DNA from: Betaproteobacteria bacterium
GTDB taxonomy: Bacteria; Pseudomonadota; Gammaproteobacteria; Burkholderiales; Burkholderiaceae_C
DNA length: 64,000 bases
Reading direction: 5' to 3'
NCBI GenBank assembly: GCA_037127635.1
Contig: JBAXYD010000014.1
Coordinates: 20,067 to 84,066, forward strand
The notes under the pieces: model-generated
The model's database searches: none
Told to the model about the DNA's origin: nothing
What the model saw: only the letters and a program-made list of their open reading frames with translations
Part shown: piece after piece, positions 58,055 to 64,000 of the stretch
How positions within the stretch are numbered: position 1 is the stretch's first letter
Layout of the letters: each line of letters starts with the position of its first letter
Program-made: the position numbers and the translations under genes

Positions 58055-59413
58055 TCAGGCCTCCATCACGTCGCGCCAGTAGCGGTACATGCCGCGGATC
58101 AGCGTCTCGGTGACCATGTGCTCGGTGTCTTCCACCCCGTGCCCGCCCAGCTCGGCCAGCGTGCGGTGGAAGGGCTTGGTCTCGAAGGCCTGCTGGCTGA
58201 ACTCGATCACCTCGCCATCGTCGGCCGAGACAAAGCCCGCCGGGCCGAACAGGTTGGCCTGGGTCAGGCGGCGCTGCGTCATCTCCGGGGTGTCGTCCTC
58301 GAAGCCGAAGTGCGTCCACACGAAGTCGAAGCTGCCGTGGCCGTTGGGTTGGATGTGGCGCGTGGACACGCTGTTGACCTGCTGCTGCAGGATGACGCTG
58401 GGGAAGATGGTGGTCATGACGGCCGTGGGCACGGGTGCCCCCACGCTTGGCACTTCGTGCAATTCGTGTGGTTGGCTGCCCCCCGAGGGGGCAGCCGACG
58501 CCTTGGGACGGCCCGGCGGCGTCGGTCCTCCCCACCACGGCTCGGGCACGATGTCGATGAAGCTCGGGTCGTGCAGCGTCATGGTGTCCTTGAAGCTCGA
58601 CACCTGCGTCACCTGCCCAGCCTGGCCCGCGTTGCCGCGGGTGCTGATCATGGCCGCGTGGCGGTGGCGGCTGTCCATGCGCAGGCGGCTCTTGTTGTCG
58701 GCGCGCCAGAGGCCGAAGGTGACGAACCAGGTGTGCAGCAGGCCCGGGTGGTAGGGGTCCTTGATGTTCTCCTGCATCAGCTTCCAGTTGCCCGGAATGC
58801 GCTGGCGGTTGTAGCCCAGGATCTTGAGCGGGCGGCCGTTGAACAGGCGGTCAAACCAGCCCAGGATCTCGGGGCCCAGATAGTCCTCGAAGGGCTCCAC
58901 GTCGTGGTCGAACGAGGCGAAGACCACGCCGCCGCGCGTGGCCACCTTCAGCTTGGTCAGGCCGTGGTCGGTGGTCTTGAAGTCCGCCGGCATGCCGCCG
59001 TGCACCTGGCCTTCCTGCTTGACCCCACGCCGGAAGGGCACGCCTTGCAGGTCGCCCTTGAGTGTGTAGCTCCACTGGTGGTAGGGGCAGACGAACTCCT
59101 TGCGCTGGCCGTGACGCTCGCGGCAGAAGCGCATGCCGCGGTGGGCGCACACGTTCTCGAAGACGTGCAGCGCGCCGTCCGTGTCACGGCTGAGGATCAC
59201 CGAGCGCTCGCCCACCACCGTGCGCTTGAAGTCCCCCGGGTGGGGCACCTCGGCCTCCAGGCCCACGTAGCACCAGTGACCCTTGTAGAAGAAGCGCTCC
59301 AGCTCCTTGCGGTAGATCTCGTCGCTGGTGTAGGCAACGAAGGGGATTCGGTGGGTGCCGCCGCCTTCCCAGGCGGGCTGGCGGGGGAAGAAGGGCATTG
59401 CGGAGTCGGCCAT
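58055..59413 (-). CDS. nagG: Salicylate 5-hydroxylase large subunit with 32-aa in-frame insertion
   Basis: CAHRG..CPYH Rieske, NWKLMQENIKDPYHPGLLH, QANLFGPAGFVSADDGE. Confidence 0.9.
   Translation of the reverse strand: MADSAMPFFPRQPAWEGGGTHRIPFVAYTSDEIYRKELERFFYKGHWCYVGLEAEVPHPGDFKRTVVGERSVILSRDTDGALHVFENVCAHRGMRFCRERHGQRKEFVCPYHQWSYTLKGDLQGVPFRRGVKQEGQVHGGMPADFKTTDHGLTKLKVATRGGVVFASFDHDVEPFEDYLGPEILGWFDRLFNGRPLKILGYNRQRIPGNWKLMQENIKDPYHPGLLHTWFVTFGLWRADNKSRLRMDSRHRHAAMISTRGNAGQAGQVTQVSSFKDTMTLHDPSFIDIVPEPWWGGPTPPGRPKASAAPSGGSQPHELHEVPSVGAPVPTAVMTTIFPSVILQQQVNSVSTRHIQPNGHGSFDFVWTHFGFEDDTPEMTQRRLTQANLFGPAGFVSADDGEVIEFSQQAFETKPFHRTLAELGGHGVEDTEHMVTETLIRGMYRYWRDVMEA
58437..58522 (-). repeat. 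Palindromic element copy 3, inside nagG (sense to the gene)
   Basis: ACGCCGCCGGGCCGTCCCAAG-GCGTCGGCTGCCCCCTCGGGGGGCAGCCAAC-N-GTGGGGGC. Confidence 0.88.
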
Positions 59414-59483
59414 GGCGGGTTCGGAGTTTTGGCGTTCCGGGAAGGGGGGCAATTGCAAAGGCGGGCCACAGCGGGCCGCAAGC

Positions 59484-59504
59484 CTGTCAAAGATGACTTT
59501 ACAG
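59484..59504. promoter_or_regulatory. Imperfect palindrome upstream of nagG (candidate operator)
   Basis: CTGTCAAAG-ATGA-CTTTACAG. Confidence 0.35.
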
Positions 59505-59533
59505 CCCGGGCTTGCTGCGCCCGGTGGCCCTCT

Positions 59534-60010
59534 TCACTTGCGGTGCAACCGTGACAGCGGGCCCTCGTCCAGGCGGTCCAGCAAGCTGCGCAGCGCGCGA
59601 GCGTTTCTCGCGTCGCTGGCGCTTTCCAAGGCGTCTTCCAGCACCTCGCGAATGTGGTCGCTGGTCACGAGTTCCATGTCCCACTGCGGGAAGAGGCGCT
59701 CGCGCACTTCTTCCACCTCGCCGAGTTCGATGATCGCGTCATGGCGCGGGTCGCCGCGCAGGCGCTGCATCAGCGCCGTGACGTGTTCGCGCGGCCCTTC
59801 CAGCCACTGAAAGAACACGCCGCTGCCGAACACCAGCATGCCGGTGATGCCATGGGCGGGGTTGTAGCGGTGGGCGGTGGCAATGATGCGCTGCAGTGCG
59901 GCGCTGTCCAGGGCGCCCGAGGCGCGGCTGCAATAGACGATGTTGTAGAGCAGCGGCAGTGTGGACCGGTCGGCGGGTTCATCCCCGGGCCAGAGGTGAA
60001 GCTCATGCAT
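59534..60010 (-). CDS. Stand-alone BLUF blue-light sensor
   Basis: Y.S.A, N...GITG.L, FFQWLEG, DPRH, R.F..W.M. Confidence 0.92.
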   Translation of the reverse strand: MHELHLWPGDEPADRSTLPLLYNIVYCSRASGALDSAALQRIIATAHRYNPAHGITGMLVFGSGVFFQWLEGPREHVTALMQRLRGDPRHDAIIELGEVEEVRERLFPQWDMELVTSDHIREVLEDALESASDARNARALRSLLDRLDEGPLSRLHRK

Positions 60011-60118
60011 GCGTCGCACCTCGAAAAGGGGTGGCGCCGCAGCAGATGCGGCGGCGGGCGGCTGTGCAGCTGCGCGGGCTGATGCGCCGCACGGTACCAG
60101 CGCAGGCATGATAGTCGC

Positions 60119-60171
60119 CCCTGCGCAAGCCCCTTGGGGCCTTGACAACCGTCCCGTTGGTCGGTGGGGGC
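60119..60171 (+). repeat. Degenerate palindromic element copy
   Basis: GCCCCTTGGGGC hairpin, second stem, then GTGGGGGC tail; head motif missing. Confidence 0.4.
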
Positions 60172-60173
60172 GT

Positions 60174-60965
60174 TCAGCTACCCCAGTCCGCCACCAGCGT
60201 GTTGAGCAACCGGCCCACGCCTTGCACCTCGCACACCACCTCGTCGCCGGGCTGCACATCCATCGAGCCCTTGGGCGTGCCGGTGAGGATGACATCGCCC
60301 GGGCTCAAAGTCATGAAGCTGCTGAGGTATTCGATCAGCGAGGCTACGTCATGGATCATGTCACCGGTGCGGCCTTCCTGCACCACGCGACCGTTGACCT
60401 GTGTGTGCAGCTTCAGGTCCATGGGGTTGGCGATGTCGTCGCGGTCCACCAGCCAGGGGCCCAGGGCCGTGCCGCCGTCCCGGCTTTTCACACGCAGGTT
60501 GGGCCGGTAGTACGGCTCCAGGAAGTTGCGGATCGCGTAGTCGTTGGAGACGGTGTAGCCGCGCACGAAGTCCATCGCCCGCGCCCGCGAAATGCGCTGG
60601 CCCTCGCGCCCGATCACCACGGCCAACTCGCACTCGTAGTGCATGAACTCGCCATCGGCCGGCCTGCGTGTGAGGCCGCGGTGGCCCACCACGCTGTTGG
60701 CCCCCTTGAGAAACACCACCGGCTCGCTGCGCTGGGCCTGTAGAAAGCTGCCCTGTTCGGCCGAAGACTTGGCCGCCAGCTCCTGCGCGTGGTCGGCGTA
60801 GTTCAGGGCCAGGGCGAAGATGGTGCGCGGCTCGAAGGGCGCGAGCCACATCACCTCAGCCTCGCTCACCACGCGGCCATCGGCCAGGCGCAGGCGGTCA
60901 GGCTCGCCAGGCACCTCGAAGGCCTCGTGCACCGCTGCGCCAAAGACGACACGTGCGGTCTTCAT
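60174..60965 (-). CDS. hpaG: Fumarylacetoacetate-hydrolase family, HpaG C-terminal-type subunit
   Basis: LNYADH, MHYECELAVVIG, PYYRPNLRVK.RD, LTGTPKG. Confidence 0.88.
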   Translation of the reverse strand: MKTARVVFGAAVHEAFEVPGEPDRLRLADGRVVSEAEVMWLAPFEPRTIFALALNYADHAQELAAKSSAEQGSFLQAQRSEPVVFLKGANSVVGHRGLTRRPADGEFMHYECELAVVIGREGQRISRARAMDFVRGYTVSNDYAIRNFLEPYYRPNLRVKSRDGGTALGPWLVDRDDIANPMDLKLHTQVNGRVVQEGRTGDMIHDVASLIEYLSSFMTLSPGDVILTGTPKGSMDVQPGDEVVCEVQGVGRLLNTLVADWGS

Positions 60966-61630
60966 GCGGCCTCCTGCGGGGCTGCGCTCTCGCGCTGCAC
61001 GGGGTTTTCCAGGCGGCCGATGGCGTCGATCTCAATGGCCATGGTGTCCCCAGGCCGCGCGCGTGCGGGCTGCTCGGCCACGCCGATGAGCAGCAGGTCG
61101 CCCGGGGCCAGGCTCATGAACTCGCTCACATCGGCAATCAGCCGCGCCACGTTGCGCCGCAGTTGCCCGGTGTGGCTGCGCTGGCGCAACTCGCCGTTGA
61201 CATAGGCGCGAATCTCCAGGGCATCGGGGTTGGGGATCTGCCCGGCGGGCACCCAGGGCCCGATGGGGCAGAAGCCGTCGCGGCACTTCTGCTTCATGGG
61301 TGGGCGCAGCAACGCCTGGTGCGGCACGGTGACGTCGTTGACGATGGCGTACCCCGCCACACAGTCCAGCGCTCGCTCGGCGCTCACTCTTGAAGCGGTG
61401 CGCGCGAAGCTGATGCCCAGCGTGGCGCCCACTTCCACCTCCTCCACCTCGGGCGGCAGGAGCACCGCATCGCCAGCGCGGCACCAGGTGTTGACCGGCT
61501 TGATGTAGAGCACTGGGTGCACGGGCGGGCGGTGGTGCGGGGGCTGCGCCATCAACGGCTCCAGGGCCTGCCAAACGCCCTGGAACTCGAACATGGCGCC
61601 CACGACGGTGCGGGTGGGGAAGAAGGACAT
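60962..61630 (-). CDS. hpaG: Fumarylacetoacetate-hydrolase family, HpaG N-terminal-type subunit
   Basis: PVLYIKP.NT, K.KCRDGFCPIGP, GDLLLIG. Confidence 0.86.
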   Translation of the reverse strand: MSFFPTRTVVGAMFEFQGVWQALEPLMAQPPHHRPPVHPVLYIKPVNTWCRAGDAVLLPPEVEEVEVGATLGISFARTASRVSAERALDCVAGYAIVNDVTVPHQALLRPPMKQKCRDGFCPIGPWVPAGQIPNPDALEIRAYVNGELRQRSHTGQLRRNVARLIADVSEFMSLAPGDLLLIGVAEQPARARPGDTMAIEIDAIGRLENPVQRESAAPQEAA

Positions 61631-61788
61631 GGGCGCGGTGCTCCTGGCGAGATGCCGTGGTGTTCTTTGGAGTGGACGGCTGAACCGGCATTCTTCACCA
61701 GTCTGCGCCGCAGTCCGCACGCTGACCCCACTCATCGCGTCTTGAGGCAAGATCGCGGCGTTTTCTCCACTCCTGCCAAGTCCTGCCC

Positions 61789-62769
61789 ATGACCGCACCC
61801 GCCCGCACCCTCCCGCCCGTTCTGCAGAAGCTGCGCTTTCCCGTCATCGGCTCGCCGCTGTTCATCATCAGCAACCCCAAGCTGGTGATCGCGCAGTGCA
61901 AGGCCGGCGTGGTGGGCTCCATGCCGGCGCTCAACGCCCGGCCCGCTTCGCAGCTGGACGAGTGGCTGGCCGAGATCACCGAGGCGTTGGCCGCGCACGA
62001 CAAGGCGCACCCGGAGTCGCCTGCCGCGCCCTTTGCCATCAACCAGATCGTGCACAAGAGCAACGACCGCCTGGAGCACGACATGCAGGTCTGTGCCAAG
62101 TACAAGGTGCCCATCGTCATCACCAGCCTGGGCGCGCGCGAGGACGTCAACCAGGGCGTGCACGCATGGGGTGGCGTGGTGCTGCACGACGTGATCAACA
62201 ACGTCTTCGCCCACAAGGCGATCGAGAAAGGCGCCGACGGGCTGATCCCCGTGGCCGCGGGCGCGGGCGGCCACGCCAGCGTGAAGAGCCCGTTTGCCAT
62301 GGTGGCCGAGATCCGCGAGTGGTTTGGCGGCCCAGTGGCGCTGTCGGGCGCCATCTCTTCGGGCGGTGCCATCCTGGCGGCGCAGGCCATGGGCGCAGAT
62401 TTGGCCTACATCGGCTCGGCCTTCATCGCCACCGAAGAGGCCCGTGCTGTGGAGGGCTACAAGCAGATGATCACGCAGAGCAATTCCGATGACATCGTCT
62501 ACAGCAACTTCTACACCGGCATTCACGGCAACTACCTCAAGGGCAGCATCCGCAACGCCGGCATGGACCCCGACAACCTGCCGCAGAGCGACCCCAGCAA
62601 GATGAACTTCAGCACCGGCGAGGGCGCCAACGCCGCCAAGGCCTGGCGCGACATCTGGGGCTGCGGGCAAGGCATCGGCGCCATCCGCGAGGTGGTGCCG
62701 GCGGCGGTGCTGGTGGAGCGCTTCAAGCGCGAATATGCGGAGGCCAAGGCGCGCATCTGCGGCGCATGA
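61789..62769 (+). CDS. Nitronate monooxygenase (2-nitropropane dioxygenase) family flavoprotein
   Basis: PVIGSPLF, NQIVHKSN, GAGGH, AYIGS.FIAT.E, IWG.GQG. Confidence 0.9.
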   Translation: MTAPARTLPPVLQKLRFPVIGSPLFIISNPKLVIAQCKAGVVGSMPALNARPASQLDEWLAEITEALAAHDKAHPESPAAPFAINQIVHKSNDRLEHDMQVCAKYKVPIVITSLGAREDVNQGVHAWGGVVLHDVINNVFAHKAIEKGADGLIPVAAGAGGHASVKSPFAMVAEIREWFGGPVALSGAISSGGAILAAQAMGADLAYIGSAFIATEEARAVEGYKQMITQSNSDDIVYSNFYTGIHGNYLKGSIRNAGMDPDNLPQSDPSKMNFSTGEGANAAKAWRDIWGCGQGIGAIREVVPAAVLVERFKREYAEAKARICGA

Positions 62770-62805
62770 GGGCGCTGACGGCAGGGTTGCGCGGCGGTTG
62801 TTCTG

Positions 62806-62846
62806 CGGCTGATGGGGCTGACGAAGCCGGCCCCGCCGATCAGCCG
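62806..62846. terminator. GC-rich hairpin between convergent genes
   Basis: CGGCTGAT-GGGGCTG...CGGCCCC...ATCAGCCG; no U-tract. Confidence 0.35.
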
Positions 62847-64000
62847 CCCCAGCCCAGCGCCTGACGCATCACCCTGGAGGCATCGGCATCGCTGGTGCCG
62901 CGCCACGCCACGATGTGGTCAGGCCGGATGAGCGCCAGCGGGGCCTCGTACAACGTCCGCAGTCCCGGTACCTGCCCGACGTCAGGCTCCACCACCTTCA
63001 AGTCCACGCCCAGGCTTCGCGCTGCCGCTTCGAAGCCTGCCGTGGCCGGCACGGCATCGCCCTCTGCATCGCGCAGCACCAGCAGCGTCCACTCGAAGCC
63101 GAACAGGTCGAACAGCGAGCGGCCATCGGCCAGCCAGGCGTGCGGCGGGCGCCCGCCCGGGCAGGCGCTGGGCTGGTAGCTGTTGGCGGCGTCCGGTGGC
63201 GGCGCGGTGCCGTCGGCCACGATGAGCGGTGAGCCGTCGTAGCGCCCGCCAAAGGTCACGCCCGGCACATTGAACTCGCGCCGCACATGGCCGTTGAGGT
63301 ACTCGCCGGCCACCGCTCGCGCTTGCTGCCCGGCGGGCGTGTCGTCGTCCAGCTCGGCGGCGGCGTCGAACAGGCCGATGGAGTCGGCGAACTGCCGCGC
63401 GTAGCCGGTGTTGCGCTGCGCCAGCGGCTTGCGCTCCAGGCCGTAGCTGTCCAGCAGCGCAGGCGGGGCCTGGCCCTTGAGCACCGCGGCCAGCTTCCAG
63501 CCCAGGTTCACCGCGTCTTCCACCGCGGTGTTGTAGCCCAGGCCTCCCGTGGGAGTGAACAGGTGCGCGGCATCGCCGCCGATGAACACCCAGCCTTGCT
63601 GGAAGCGCGAGGCCACCAGCGCGTGGCCGGCCAGCCAGGGCGCCATCGACAGGATCTCGATGGGGATGTCCAGCCCACTGGCCTTCGCGAACAGGGCCCG
63701 CGCATCGGCGTGCGTCAGCGCATCGACATCGGTGTCGTCGGCCAGCTGCGTGTGAAAGGCGAACTCGCTGACGCCGTCCACCGACATGATGAAGGAGCGC
63801 TGCGCCGGGTGCACCTGCACGTACATCCAGGCGCGGTCGTTGGGGTTGAGGCGGTAGAAGTCGGGCGCCTTCAGGTACACGGCCAGCATGCGCCCGCCCA
63901 TGAAGCTGCGCTTGAAGCCGCTGCCGCCTTCCCACTCGATGCCCAGGTGGGTCCGAACCCCGCTGCGTGCGCCGTCAGCCCCCACCAGCCAGCGGGCTTG
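62840..64000 (-). CDS. FAD-dependent monooxygenase (PheA/TfdB-like), 5' truncated by window edge
   Basis: GADGARS, GDAAHLF.PTGGLGYNT, NLGWKLA, LIRPD. Confidence 0.92.
   Translation of the reverse strand, partial: QARWLVGADGARSGVRTHLGIEWEGGSGFKRSFMGGRMLAVYLKAPDFYRLNPNDRAWMYVQVHPAQRSFIMSVDGVSEFAFHTQLADDTDVDALTHADARALFAKASGLDIPIEILSMAPWLAGHALVASRFQQGWVFIGGDAAHLFTPTGGLGYNTAVEDAVNLGWKLAAVLKGQAPPALLDSYGLERKPLAQRNTGYARQFADSIGLFDAAAELDDDTPAGQQARAVAGEYLNGHVRREFNVPGVTFGGRYDGSPLIVADGTAPPPDAANSYQPSACPGGRPPHAWLADGRSLFDLFGFEWTLLVLRDAEGDAVPATAGFEAAARSLGVDLKVVEPDVGQVPGLRTLYEAPLALIRPDHIVAWRGTSDADASRVMRQALGWGG

Noticed and set aside
1-64000. CRISPR array, tRNA/rRNA, integrase, IS element
   Set aside because: No regularly spaced repeats, cloverleaf, recombinase or transposase ORF seen by eye

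Overview
A high-GC betaproteobacterial (Burkholderiales-like; three Bug/TctC proteins) accessory region made almost entirely of catabolic and transport cassettes. I see no rRNA, tRNA, CRISPR array, integrase or transposase. Left to right: a TRAP/Zn-ADH/MetX-like operon; a ParE-toxin relic; sdaA; and a ~17-kb convergent LacI regulon of unknown substrate (HisD/HpsN-like dehydrogenase, hydrolase, bicupin, aldolase, TonB receptor, MetE-core protein, two tandem-SnoaL proteins, sugar-type ABC transporter, SDR) marked by six TGCATACGTATGCA-like operators. Next come a higBA module flanked by a 167-bp duplicated gene end; an FNR-ferredoxin/membrane protein/octaheme cytochrome module; and a MarR-Bug-CoA-transferase-CoA-lyase-SGNH operon. 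A 19.25-kb IclR cassette (monooxygenase, TonB receptor, E1alpha/beta plus free lipoyl domain, class III aminotransferase, MFS, arylsulfotransferase, sulfatase, ALDH, VOC) is bracketed by direct repeats of a deacetylase 3' end. The right end holds a cysteine hydrolase/hybrid kinase pair, SRAP, nagGH-Ab, BLUF, hpaG1/2 and two flavoproteins. The most striking sequence-level observation is a ~75-90 bp palindromic element family. It sits intergenically and is also inserted in frame, in opposite orientations, into two enzymes (SdaA and NagG). All product calls come from motif recognition by eye; no searches were run.
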